Below are positions 12,970 to 25,822 of a stretch of 64,000 bases of DNA, one piece after another. The notes below the pieces were generated by a model, which ran no database searches, had not been told where the DNA came from, and saw nothing but the letters and a program-made list of their open reading frames with translations. A program made the translations under genes and the position numbers. The stretch is from Heterodontus francisci (taxonomy: Eukaryota), in contig NC_090371.1 in NCBI RefSeq assembly GCF_036365525.1, positions 62,871,654-62,935,653 of the forward strand, given 5' to 3'. Position 1 is the stretch's first letter. Each line of letters starts with the position of its first letter.

Positions 12970-14012
12970 GGTCTTAAATGGGCAATTTTCAGATTGGCAC
13001 GCTGTAACTAGTGGAGTGCCACAGGGATCATTGTTGGGACCTCAACTATTTACAATCTATATCAATGACTTGGATGAAGGGACAGAATGTGTGGTTGCTA
13101 AATTTGCTGATGACACAAGGATAGGGAAGACATTAAGTTGTGAAGAGGACACAAGAAGTCTGCAAGGGATATAGATAGGTTAAGTGAGTGGACAAAATGT
13201 GACAGATGGAGTATAATGTGGGAAAATGTGAACTTGTCCACTTTGGCCGGAAGAATAGAAAAGCAGTATATTATTTAAATGGGGAGAGAAATGCAGACCT
13301 GTGCGGTACAGAGGGAAATGGGTGTCCTGGTACTAAATTTACAAAAAGTTAGTATGCGGGTACAGCAAGTGATTAAAAAGGCAAATGGAATGTTGTTGTT
13401 TATTGCAAGGGGATTGAAATATAAAAAGTATGGAAGTTTTGTTATAGTTGCACAGGGCGTCAGTGAGACCACATCTGGAATAATGTGTACAGTTTTGGTC
13501 TCCTTGCTAAAGAAAGGATATAATTGCATTAGAATCAGTTCAGAGAAGGCTCGCTCAACTGATTCCTGGGATGAAGGGATTATCTTATGAGGAAAGGTTG
13601 GGCCTCTATCTACTGGAGTTTAGAAGAATGAGAGGTGATCTTATTGAAACATACAAGATCCTGAGGAGACTTGACTGGGTGGATGCTGAGAGGATGTTTT
13701 CCCTTACGGGAGAGACGAGAACTAGGGGACACAGTTTAAAAATAAGGGGGTTCCCATTTAAGACAGTGATGAGGAAAATTTTTTTCTCTGAGGGTTGTTA
13801 GTCTGTGGAATTCTCTTCCCAAGACAGCAGCGGAGGCAGGGTCATTGAATAGTTTTAAGGCTGAACTAGATAAATTCTTGATTAACATGGGAGTCAAAGG
13901 TTATGGGGGCAGACAGGAAAGTCGAGTTCAGGCCAGAATCAGATCAGCCATGATCTTATCAAAAGGTGGGGCAGGCTCGAGAGGCTGAATGGCCTATCCT
14001 GCTCCTAATTCG
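12970..14012 (+). mobile_element. CR1 LINE 3' fragment
   Basis: [26 protein letters not shown]...KFADDT; ETRTRGHSLKIRG; 3' UTR. Confidence 0.92.
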
Positions 14013-14299
14013 TCAGCAACCAAATGCTCAATACTCAGGACAAATCTCTTCCACTTGCTGTTAAAAATCTTGCAGATAAAAACTTTGAAAGCCATGTTTG
14101 AAGATACTGTTCTTGGAAACAATACCATTCTCATGTACATATGCATTTTTCTTCTTCCACAAAATTGTCCTGGTTCCTTTGTTTTTCATAGTATCTTATT
14201 TCTCACTTTCTACTTTGGGCTGGCTTATGCCTTGCTTCTGTTGCATACAGGAGAGCTTTTTGAGCTAGCACGTAGAAAGTCCTACAAGAGAAGGGGCGG

Positions 14300-16105
14300 T
14301 ACAGGACCTAATCCTGGGGAATGAAGCCAGACAAGTGGTAGAAGTATCAGTGGGGGAACATTTCGGGGATAGTGACCATAACTCTAAAGATTTAAAGGTA
14401 GTTATGGAAAAGGACAAAGAGGGACTGGAAATAGAAATACTTAATTGGGGGGAGGCCAATTTCAATACGATAAAACAAGATCTGACCAAAGTGGACTGGG
14501 AGCAGCTACTTGCAGGAAAGTCTACAACAGACCAGTGGGAGTCAATCAAAAAGGAAATAGTGAGAGTTCAGGGCCAACATGTTCCTGTAAAAGGTGAAGG
14601 GTAGGACCAACACGTCAAGGGAACCCTGGATGTCAAGGGATATAGAGGATTGGATAAGGAAAAAAAAGAGGCTAATGGCAGATTCAAAGCACTGAAAACA
14701 TCAGAGGGCCTAGAGGAGTATAGAAAGTGTATGGGGGGGGGGGGGGGGGGGGTACTTAAAAAAGTAATTAGGAAAGCAAAGAGGGGATATGAAAAAACAC
14801 TGCAGGGCAAGATAAAGGAAAATCCCAAGGCATATTATAAGTATATTAAGGGCAAGAGGACAACCAGGGAAAGAGTAGGGCCCATTAGGGACCAGAGTGG
14901 CAGTCTGTGCGCGGAGCTGGAAGACATAGGTGAGGTTTTAAATGATTACTTTTCATCTGTGTTCACTATGGAGAAGGACAATGTAGGTGTAGAGATCAGG
15001 GAGGGGGACTGTGATATACTTGAACAAATTAGCATTGAAAGAGAGGAAGTATTAGCTGTTTTAGCGGGCTAAAAAGTGGATAAATCCCCAGTCCCAGATG
15101 AGATGTATCCCAGGCTGTTATGTGAGGCAAGGGAGGGGATAGCAGGGGCTCTGACACAAATTTTCAAATCCTCTTAGACCATAGGAGAAGTACCAGAGGA
15201 CTGGAGGACAGCAAATGTGATACCGTTATTCAAAAAGGGTAGCAGGGATAAACCAGGTAATTACAGGCCAGTGAGTCTAACATCCGTGGTAGGGAAACTA
15301 TTGGAAAAACGTCTGAGGGACAGGATTAATCTCCACTTGGAGAGGCAAGGATTAATCAGGGATAGTCAGCATGGCTTTGTCAGGGGGAGATCGTGTCTAA
15401 CTAACTTGATTGAATTTTTCAAGGAGGTGACTTAGATGTGTAGATGGGTGTAAAGCAGTCGATGTAGTCTATATGGACTTCAGTAAGGCTTTTGAGAAGG
15501 TCCCGCATGGGAGATTGGTTAAGAAGGTAAGAGCTCATGGGATCCAGGGCAATTTGGCAAATTGGATCCAAAATTGGCTTAGTGGCAGGAAGCAGAGGGT
15601 GATGGTCAAAGGTTGTTTTTGTGATTGGAAGCCTGTGATCAGTGGTGTACCGCATGGATTGGTGCTGGGACCCTTGCTGTTTGTAGTGTACATTAATGAT
15701 TTAGGCGTGAGTATAGGAGGCATGATTAGTAAGTTTGCAGATGACACGAAAATTGGTGGTGTCGTAAATAGTGAGGAGGAAAGCCTTAGATTACAGGACG
15801 ATATAGATGGGCTGGTAAGATGGACGGAGCAGTGACAAATGGAATTTAATCCGGAGAAGTATGAGGTGATGCATTTTGGGAGGACTAACAAGGCAAGGGA
15901 ATATACGATGAATAGTAGGACCATAGGAAGTACAGAGGGTCAGAGCGACCTTGGTGTACTTGTCCATAGATCACTGAAGGCAGCAGCACAGGTAGATAAG
16001 GTGGTTAGGAAGGCATATGGGATACTTGCCTTTATTAGCTGAGGCATAGAATATAAGAGCAGGGAGGTTATGATGGAGCTGTATAAAATGCTAGTTAAGC
16101 CATAG
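14300..16105 (+). mobile_element. CR1 LINE ORF2 internal fragment
   Basis: [48 protein letters not shown]; breaks off at about 16105. Confidence 0.92.
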
Positions 16106-16831
16106 CTTTCTTAGCTTTAAAGAAGATTGAAATTTATTAAACTTAAACTCTAATTCGCTAACGCCTACGGATACATGATGCGCCCACACTAGCATGCATA
16201 CGCGATACACACATGCAGATAGGGACAGAAAAAAAAGAATAAAGTGGAAAAGTTTGAGGCAATCTCTGAAAAGAATTTTTGTTATGTTTCTTCGAGCTCA
16301 TTGTAGAGTCCTTGATTGCAGGTAGATCTTGCTCTTCGTTGGGACCCAGTATTCTTAAACCTTGTTCGATGTAGGAGACTTTTCTCTCTTGCAGTTCATG
16401 TGTCCTCAGTGGGTGCAGGGGCTTGTGAGAAAGAGATGGGAGCAGACAGGACAGGTCTTCTTCAGTCCAGGGGCAGCTCTTTGTACAATTCAGAAAAAAA
16501 GAGGTTGCCAAGCAGGCTAGTCACACGACCAGCTGGTCTGACCACGTGTTTTTGTGGATTCGGCCATCCCAGCAGTCATCCTGAAACTTGAGCGCCCGCA
16601 CCTTTAATGTCTGGTGCTCAAAGTCCATTGTGGGTTAAATTAGATAAGGGATGCAACCTCTTTGTCTCCACAAGCACTGTCTGTTAATATGCAAATGTCT
16701 TTCCAGCCAAGGGCCTGGTAATTTTTTTTAAAAAACCAAGTCCTTTCTTCACTTCAGCAACAGTTTTCAAATCAACATTCATGACAAAATTAATGTGCCT
16801 CATTCTCGGCAGGTGAGAGGTCTGCATGACA
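16106..16831 (-). mobile_element. Probable LTR fragment (solo LTR, Gypsy-like)
   Basis: Minus strand starts TGTCATGCAG at 16831; AATAAA on minus about 16135; non-coding and unrelated to the flanking CR1 and L2. The far end and TSD were not seen. Confidence 0.5.
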
Positions 16832-18143
16832 GAGGGTAGGGAGAGAACCCATTGCTGGAGATAGTCTGGTTATGATTAGATGGGCAAGAGTGGAACATAG
16901 CAAGGACTGTCCCAATCAGTTACAAATGGGGACCAGAAGAACATTGGAATAGTCAAGTCAAGGGTTACTGAAAGGAGGAGGGTTTCGGCAAATGTATGAC
17001 CTTACGCTGGTGGAAGTAACAGTCTTTGCAATGGAAAGGATCTCGGGGCAAATAGGATGCTGTTACATTACAAACAGTCGTTAACAAGCAGAGACTGTGG
17101 CCAAAAAGGGAGACTGAATCAGGGAGGAGAGTACTGCATTTGTCATGAGGACTGGGCTCAGTTTTCCCAATGTTTAACTGGAGGAAACTGTTACTGATCC
17201 AAGACTCAGCATTGGACAAGCAGACTGACAACACAACAAAAGGAAAAGACATTGGCTAACCATGTCATAGGAAGCAGGGACGTCAGGAAGGATAAACAGA
17301 TGATAGTACACCCTGGCCAGTCATAGAGAATGTCATTTGTGACTGTGATTAAGGCCATTTTAGTGCTGAGGGAAAAGCTGAAATCTGATTGGAGAGATTT
17401 AAACATGAAGTTGCTGGAAAGATGGGCATGGATTTGAGAAGCAACATGTTCAAAGATCTTGGAAGATGAAAGGGAGGTTTGAGATGGAGCGGTAGCTTAC
17501 AAGGGCAGTAGGTGGATGGGGTGATGTGGGTGGCAGGGTGACGACAGCAGTTTTAAAAAGGGAGGTTGATAATACCCGAAGGGAGGAAAGCATTTACAAT
17601 GGCAATTAGCATAGGGGCCAGGATGGGAATTTGGTTAGTTAGTAGTATGGTGCAAATGAGTTCAAAAGGGCAAGAAATGGATCTCATGGGCAAGATGAGC
17701 TCAGAGAGGGCATGAAAAGAAACAGGAGATAAGCTAGAGATATACGCATATTCAGGGTTCGGGGAGGGGAGAATCCTGCTGAAAATTTGTTAGCAAGGGG
17801 AGGGTGTGGCAAAGGCAACTGAACAGATAGGCTCAATCTTAAGTGACAAGTCCATGAGCTCCTCGTCCTTGTTGTTGGAGGGGGCAGGTAAGAGAGTCTA
17901 AAGGAGATGGTTGGTCATGGAGAAAAGAAGCCAGGGGTCAGCTTTGCATTCAAAAATGATCCAAGAGTAGTAAGCAGTTTTAGTAGAGGAAAGCAAGGCC
18001 TGATGGTGCTTGATGTGGTCCAACCAAATCTGGCAACAGATGATTAAACCAGTTGGGTGCCAGATATGTACAAGTTTGCACCCCTGGAGTTGAGGGAGTG
18101 AAGATAGGACCCATACTAGGGGAACGACAAGGGTGAGAGAGTA
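16832..18143 (-). mobile_element. L2-clade LINE fragment (RT region)
   Basis: WISNSFLQLNIGKTE and STKMALITVTNDIL motifs are typical of L2 RT; the element continues after 22000. Confidence 0.75.
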
Positions 18144-18493
18144 GTTTAGTTTCGGGATGCAGCACTGAAACAGGCCCTTCGGCCCACCGAGTCTGTGCCG
18201 ACCATCAACCACCCATTTATACTAATCCTACACGAATCCCATATTCCAATAACATCCCAACCGGTCCCTATATATTTCCCTACCACCTACCTGTACTAGG
18301 GGCAATTTATAATGGCCAATTAACCTACCAACCTGCAAGTCTTTGGCATGTGGGAGGAAACCGGAGCACCCGGAGGAAACCCACGCAGACGCAGGGAGAA
18401 CTTGCAAACTCCGCACAGGCAGTACCCAGAATCGAACCCGGGTCCCTGGAGCTGTGAGGCTGCAGTGCTAACCACTGCGCCACTGTGCCGCCC
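18143..18493 (-). mobile_element. tRNA-derived V-SINE (HE1-like)
   Basis: A/B-box head ggcgcagtggttagcac...gggttcgattc, V-domain gggtttcctccgggtgctccggtttcctcccaca, CR1-type tail gggccgaagggcctgtttcagtgc. Confidence 0.92.
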
Positions 18494-21400
18494 AGGTATT
18501 TTATGGGGATTAAGAGTGGGAAATGTGGCAGCTGGAGTGACTTAAGGTGGGAGTCGAAATTTCTTTTTCCCGACGGCAGGTTGAGAATCAGAGATCAAGT
18601 CAGCGGCATCTTTGTGGTGGTCAGTCTTCAGGCTGACCATGGGGGCAGGGGTGGGGTTCCAATTTTTAATACATTTGCATGCAATGAATACTCATTAGCT
18701 TATAGTTATGTGCAATTAAATCCTATCTTCCAGATTAACTGAGGGGCTACGGGAATCTGGTGGCACCTGCTGCATGGTCATTTCAAGGTGGCGTGCAACA
18801 GTCGTGTTTGTGCAGCTGTGCCTGCTGTCAGCGGTGTAGTCTGTGAACTCAGTATGGAGGCATGGGAAGAGTGCGAGAGGGTAATGGAAATGAAGGGCCT
18901 AGATTGTGGAGGGGGGGGTGGCGGATCAGTAGTATCCACAGTGGGGTCCTGTGGGTCAAACTCAGGGTGCTGGCTGGGTGAGGGAACGATCACAGTCACA
19001 GGGGAAGATCAATTCAGTTGGGGGGCAGGTCTAGTCTGAGGTTGGGTAATCAAAGATCTTGTAGGGTGGATCAGGGGGATCTAACAAGTACTCTAAGGAT
19101 AATGCAGGAGGGTCTAGGATCAGAGGGGGCATGTCACACTCAGCAAGGGGGTAGGGGGGGCGGGGAAAGAAGGCACATCCAGTTGGATGGTGACAGGATC
19201 CAGGATAATGGGGTTTGGTTGAAGTGTTAAAAGAGGGAAGGTGCAAGGTGATGTTGGGAGGGTCAAGGGTGATGGAAACAAGGGTGAGTGTGACAGGAGG
19301 GTAGAGGGTCACGGCCTCGAGCTGAAAGCTTACATGTGCCATATTCTTACAGCATCTCAAGATGCACATAGAACTGTAAGGATTGTAAATCAAATTGGGA
19401 GGAGGACAGAGTGGGGTAGGTGGAGTTGTGTGGGTGGAGTTTAGCAACTCACTGCTCATCAATTCTATGGATGAGTTCCATGGAGAAGGATTTTTTCCAT
19501 TTCCCTGTCTGCCTTATGAACATAGTTATATTGTTGGAATAACCTGGTTCTCATATACCCAATTTTCATGGAAACTCGGGAGCAGGTGGAGAGGATGCTG
19601 CTAAGGAGGGCTCTTGTCACTCAACAACTGAATCAGCAGGGCCTGCAGCAGACATCACAACAGTGCACAAATGGGAGTGCCAGCTGGGCTTGCAAGTACA
19701 GCCATGTGCCACAGACTGTCAAGTACAAAACCGGACATAACGAACATTCATTGAAGTTTCATCGCTGAAATTCAGCATCATGACTTCCACATTAAATGCA
19801 ATATCCATAACTCATCTGTAACCAAAGTGTGCCAACCATGAGGCATGCTATTACATTTATCTCTCCGACTAAGCTAGTCCAAACATAATGATGACAATGC
19901 GTACAAGTATATTTAAAAAAAGATATGTTATGAAATATTTACAGGTGAGAAATACAGTTGAAGGACACGCGTGCCACCCTTGTGATCTCAATAACTCTTA
20001 TATTTATGCTTGCAATCACTACATCTTGGTGAAAACCCGATATCAGTAGCTGAGATGGAGTCCGTCTGCTCAGCTCAGTGCACTGCCCTGGTGCTTTTGA
20101 TGATCGTGGTGGACGTCTGTTGGAGGTCCGAGGCCTTGAGGGCTCCGGCCGAATGGAGATCTCCTGCACTGGTGCAGGGACATCCTCCGTGGCCTCGCCT
20201 ACTAGATGTAATGGGGTCAATGCTGCAGGCATTGAGGAGGCCGCTCATCCCGGGGCAGATGGCAAGCATTCCTCATCCATTTGGGTGCTCAATGGCATTT
20301 GCCTGTCTCCCTGAGGGGGACAGCACCTGGGGAGGTGCATGTGCCTTATCCCCTTTTAATCTAGCCAATGCAGCACTGAGCCCATGGCTAGAGTGATGGA
20401 ATGCAAGTCAGAGTGCACAGGGTCGAGTGATCTACCTGGCTTTCCATGGCAGTCGCTAATCTCTCCATAGACAAAGCTATGTGCTCGCTTGCCTGAGACA
20501 AAGAAGAACTCATGGCTTGCATAGACTGCTCCATCACTCGGGCAAAACTGTGCATGACCTCTGGTATGAGATATGTTCCCCTATCTTTTGCTGGATGTCC
20601 AGCAGGCTTCTTTTGGTCACCACCAGAGGCCCATCATCAGCATGGGTCTCAACAGTGGCCTGACTCTAGCAGTCCTCAGAGGGTCAGGGGATCTGGCTGT
20701 CAGTCTCCGTCTGCTGCTGTAACATGTCTGCGTTGCGATTATCAGATTGTGACTCCAATTCTAAATGTGAACCCTCCGCGACTCGTGGTGGTGTTGCTGT
20801 GCTGGCAAAGGTTGAAGAGGAGGCAGGTGACGGTGCATCCTCTGGGATAGTGGTCTCATCATCCCCAGAGGTGGAGTCTTCAGGTTCTTCATATGGTTGC
20901 GACCTGGACCTGAAATTGCGATGAACTGAAAGAGGGAACAAACAGAACCACATTAAGGTTCATCAATACATCAGCGCTGTATATCTCTTTACATTCCACC
21001 TGTGTGCCCATATGCCATAAGGTTGAATGCATTTCAATACTTATGCTTGGCCTTTCCAGCCTCGCCATCTGCTATTGCTCTTCCTTCTTCCTCTCCTGCA
21101 AGCTGCAGAGCCACTTCCTCAGGTCAGGACCACCACCCCATCTTAGATCATTCTCTCGCATTATGTCTCTATTTGTTCTGTATGACAAAGTGCAGGGTTA
21201 ATTACATCTCAAGTGACACCTTTCCCCCGTTGTCTGCACACATCCGATCCCATCAGTCACAGGTTGCATCCAAACGCTCATATCTGCCAGATTTTCACAT
21301 GATTTGGCCTCAATTGCCATGCAGCACTGAGGCGGACCACCCAATTTCATACCTGCCTACTCACCAATACACATTGATGTCAACCCCACGAGACCCCCTT

Positions 21401-21997
21401 TGGTATGATGCGACCATCACACTTGCACTGGTAGCTCGGAGCAGGTTGGTGACCTATTTCCTACGTCTCCAATGAACCACAGGGTTCCTTGGTGTCATCT
21501 TGGGGGAAAAACACCACCTGCCTTTACCTAATGACCTGGAGAAGCTGCAGGGAGGAGTCACTGAACCATGCTGCAAGTCTATGTCTACTCACAGACATTA
21601 GATGTGATTGAGAGAGGTCAAAGGCAATAAGTAACAATAGAAAAATGAATGATGGGGGGAGAAGTTTGAGTTGGGGTGAGGGACAAGAACTGTTGCTCGG
21701 AAAAAAAGAGTCAAGTTTCTAAGTTTATGGAGTTAGAACTTTGTGGCCGTGATGCAGAGCAGCCCCGTTTGTCCAGGGGGCTATTTTATAGACCGGACGT
21801 ACCTTCCGCATTGTTAAGTGACGGCGGCTTTCAATGAATAGCTTCCTCCGACATGCGATCGCACATTTCTCCCGTGCCCACCGCCAGCCCTTGATATTTA
21901 AATTTTAATGATGTGGGAACTGCTCAGGACACAAAAAAGTGGAAGTGCCGCCCACTTCTGCCGTCAGGAACAGCGTGCCTCTAATAAAATACCACCC
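18494..21997. mobile_element. Second PIF/Harbinger element, transposase largely deleted, Myb/SANT gene relic on minus strand
   Basis: Minus strand from about 21598: MSVSRHRLAAWFSDSSLQLLQVIR*RQVVFFP; HNARE..GGG-type segment about 21170; acceptor at about 20927. Right end ATAAAATACCACCC|TAA matches left remnant GGTATTTTAT; subterminal inverted match ttcccgacggcag / ctgccgtcaggaa. Confidence 0.7.
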
Positions 21998-22519
21998 TAA
22001 GTGTTTTAATGGGGACAAGGGGGTCGAAGGTGGAAGTGACGGACTGATCGAGCACATGAACAGCTGCATAAATGTGTGGCAAACAGAAGACTGGACAGTT
22101 AGAAGTCTGAAAGTGCAGATACAAGTGACTCAGGGAAGAGTTCTTCCAGGGGTAGATGCAGAAGGAAGTGGGGTTGGAAGATGCTGGCGGATGGAAGTGA
22201 TGAGAGACACAAGTAAGTGATCACATATGGCCTTGTCTCTGATCATGACAATGGGATTAGGAGAGGCCAACTGAGATGGCAAGGTCAATGGGATGGCTGT
22301 GAATATGGGTAAGCAAGTTTATACGGATGCAGAGGTTCAGAGAATATGAGAGCAGTAAATTAGAGAAGGGCAAGGTGAGTAGAGATGGAAATTGAAAGAG
22401 GTTAAGGAGCTGCTCAGTACAGAGGCAGAAAAAAAAAAGTGATGATATCTTGGTGAGAAGCTTGAGGCAAAGGTTAGAGGCATGGTAGAGAACAAGGAAT
22501 TTAAACAGGAGGCAAGGGG

Positions 22520-23200
22520 GTGGAGATGGCGGCGTAATGGTAATGTCACTGGACTAATAACCAAGTGCCCCAGACTAATGTGCTGAGGACATGGGTTTGA
22601 ATCCCACCATGGCAGACGGTGGAATTTGAATTCAATTAATAAGTCTGGAAAAACTATTCTAAATGGTGACAATGAAATCCTGGTCAATTGTTGTAAAAAT
22701 GCTCTGGCTCACTAATGTCCTTTAGTCAGAGTGATACAGCACTGAAACAGGCCCTTCGGCCCACCGAGTCAGTGCCGACCATCAACCACCCATTTATACC
22801 AATCCTACACTAATCCCATATATTCCCTACCACAGCCCCACCATTCTCCTACCACCTACTACACTAGGGGCAATTTACAATGGCCAATTTACCCATCAAC
22901 CTGCAAGTCTTTGGCTGTGGGAGGAAACCAGAGCACCCGGCGGAAACCCACGCGGACACAGGGAGAACTTGCAAACTCTGCACAGGTAGTACCCAGAATC
23001 GAACCTGGGTCCCTGGAGCTGTGAGGCTGCAGTGCTAACCACTGCGCCGCCCATTGTGGAAAGGAAATCTGCTGTTAGATACACAGCAATGTGGTTGACC
23101 CTTAAGTGCCCTCTGAAATGGCCTAGCAACCCACTCAGTTAAGGGCAGATGGGCAATAAATACTGGCCTAGCTGACAGCTCATGAACGAATAAAAAAGAA
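22520..23200 (+). mobile_element. tRNA-derived SINE with Zenon-like LINE tail, interrupted by a V-SINE
   Basis: Head tggcggcgtaatggtaatgtcactggacta...gggtttgaatcccacc; tail aagggcagatgggcaataaatactggcc. Confidence 0.8.
22726..23052 (-). mobile_element. V-SINE (HE1-like)
   Basis: Same family as 18143-18493. Confidence 0.92.
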
Positions 23201-23627
23201 ACTAAAATGAGGTGCTCAAGGGATGAGGTACCAGAGGAATAGGGGGTGATTTGAAGATGGCCATATTGCCACTGAGGTGACTTGGGCAGGGCAGGTGATG
23301 GATAACAGTCAGGAAGTGAGTATTCAGCAAAGTGCCACCACCCGTAAGCCAGCTTTCTGTCAAAATTGACTGTAATCATTAACAATAAAATCATGGATGG
23401 CAATAACCCTGCTTGCGAGTGAATGTACACCCTGGAAGAAAATTCGGAGAGGAGCAGTAATTATTGATTCACTGCCAAAGGGCTCAGCGATGCATGGGCT
23501 GTATGGGACAGGAAGGTGGTTGGTAAAATTAGCCTCCAGCAGGCATGCCAGACAGGAAAGTCAGTGAGATGATGGGGCAATTGGAGATGCTGCTCATTTT
23601 AGGCAACAACAGGTAACTTGATGGGCT

Positions 23628-23700
23628 AGACCTGCTAAGTATTTCCAGCATTTCTTGTTTTTATTTCAGATTTCCAGCATCTGCAGTATTTTGCTTTTAT
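23628..23700 (+). mobile_element. 73-bp Penelope-like 3' terminal insertion
   Basis: Matches the terminus of the Penelope at 48336; flanked by exact 14-bp TSD TAACTTGATGGGCT (23614-23627, 23701-23714). Confidence 0.85.
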
Positions 23701-23951
23701 TAACTTGATGGGCTGTTTGGAGTGCCAAGTAACTAGGAGGATAGCTCTGGGCTTATCCAAGGGAGAATCAAGCTCGGGATGACAGCAGGAGAGGAGGAAG
23801 GCAGAGCAATAGTAAAAGGACGGAGTAAGGATTTGGGGTGGGGGTGGGCAAAGTAACCTAAATAAATGAAAGGTGGTATGGCTTTAGTGTGGAGAGCTAC
23901 AATTTTATGTGTGATGGTTTGAATCTGTAGCTTTGATGAATTATGAATTTC

Positions 23952-24350
23952 AAAAGAAAATAAGACTTACATTTATATAGTGCCTTTCAGGACATCCCAA
24001 AGTGCTTTATAGTCAAATTAGTACTTTTGAAGTATAGTCACTGGTGTCATGTCGGAAACTCAGCAACCAATTTGCATACAGCAGGCTCCCACAAACAGCT
24101 ATGTGATAATGACCAGATAATTCTTTTTAGCTATTTCTTTTTAGTGATGCTGATTGGAGGACAAATATTGTGCCAAAGGATCATTTAAGTCTACCTGGGA
24201 GAGCAGGCAGAGCCTCAATTTAACATCACATCTGAAACAAGGCCCCTCTGACAGCACTGAACTCCCCAAGTACTGCACTGGAGTGTCAGTCTAGATTTCT
24301 GTCTCTGGAGTGGGACTTGAACCAACAACCTTCTGACTCAGGTGAAGGTC
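23952..24350 (-). mobile_element. DeuSINE (SacSINE1-like) with L2-type tail
   Basis: Minus strand: B-box-like ggttcaagtcccactccagaga, central cagtacttggggagttcagtgctgtcagagg...cagatgtgatgttaaa, tail gaaaggcactatataaatgtaagt. Family name is from recall. Confidence 0.7.
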
Positions 24351-25342
24351 CTAATCAAAGCCTCTGTCAGCTGGATCCAGCTACCTGCTCCAAAAGGTTG
24401 GGTACACTGATGTGTAGCATTACCAGGCTCAGATTAAGCTCCCATGATTCAAACACAACAATGCACCTTAATAACCCCAACATTTGAAAGCACACTCTTC
24501 CCCAACAATTTCAATCTTTCTGCTTCTCGCACTAGCCATTCAAGTAGCTTTCGAACAAGACTGTCAATCTAGGGCTGAATGCCAAATTCTTGCTATGGGC
24601 CGAAGCCCACAGGAAACTGCTCAAATCATTCGGACCTTTATAACCAATAGAGGGGAAGACTTTAATTTCATCAGTGTCAGAAGGTCTTGAATTGAGATGG
24701 CAAAAAATACGTACTAGCCTATTGTGCCACCCTTTTGATTAGTACTGATGTCCAAAATCACAGCTGGTAGTTGACGGTGGTCTGACACACTAACACCCTT
24801 TGAATCATCAGTGCTTCCAAGTGCATGAGGCAATTTCCCCTACCTTGAAAAATAACAATTACTTATGTATATAAATGACAGATTTTGCTAACATTCTGAG
24901 AAGAGGTATCTAGAATGAAAATTACAAAAGAGGATCTCTGCATTCCAGCAAACAAATTCAAAATTAGGATGTGAGGAACGTATAAAGCAGAACAACTATG
25001 CAAATAAGCGGTTTTAACTTAAGAAAATTAAAATAAAGTATATTGTTATAATGCTGTAATTTACTTCTTAGTGTCACTATTCCAAAATAGCAACCATGGC
25101 AATGCTGGGAAGAAAGAAGTTCAGTGACAAAATTAGCCTTTCAAGGGTGATTAGTAGAAATCAGGACAGAGGCTTGGCAATAGGATAAATAATCTCAATA
25201 TTGATTCCTGAAAATATTCAAAGAGAATGCTGTGTGCAACCTTAAACATTTGATATACATTAATTAAATTAAATAACTTACTGAACTTAAGAGATGAAAG
25301 CAGCCCATAGGATTACCACAGCTATCTCCTGTAAGGATGAGA

Positions 25343-25822
25343 TAGAAACATAGAAAAATAGGAACAGGAGTAGGCCATTTGGCCCTTCAAGCCTGCACCA
25401 CCATTCAATATGAGCATGGCTGATCATCCAAAGTCAGTTCCCACTTTCTTCCCATATCCCTTGATCCCTTCAGCCCTAAGAACTATAAAAATATTCAAGA
25501 AAGAGATAATGATTTGGCCTCAACTGCTTTCCGTGGTAGAGAATTCCACAGGTTCACCACTCTCTGGGTGAAGAAATCTCTCCTCATCTCAGTCCTAAAT
25601 GGCTTACCCCTTATTCTTAGACTGTAACCCCTGGTCCTGGACTCCCTCGCCATCAGGAACATCCTCCCTGCATCTAGCCTCCCTAGTCCTATTAGAATTT
25701 TGTAGATTTCTAGAAGATCCCCTTCGCATTCTTCTAAACTCTAGCAATTACACGCCTAATCGACCCAATTTCTCTTCATACATCAGTCCTGCCATCTCAG
25801 GAATCAGTCTGGTGAACCTTCA
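25343..25822 (-). mobile_element. CR1 3' fragment
   Basis: Tail ttctatgtttct; same family as 8818-10296. Confidence 0.88.

Larger units (their letters stand above)
22000..23900 (-). mobile_element. L2 LINE continuation (5' part) carrying nested SINEs and a Penelope fragment
   Basis: Purine-rich plus strand that appears contiguous with 18143 once the intervening inserts are removed; highly decayed. Confidence 0.55.

Noticed and set aside
25085-25105. RFX X-box-like tagcaaccatggcaat
   Set aside because: Imperfect single motif with no conservation evidence.
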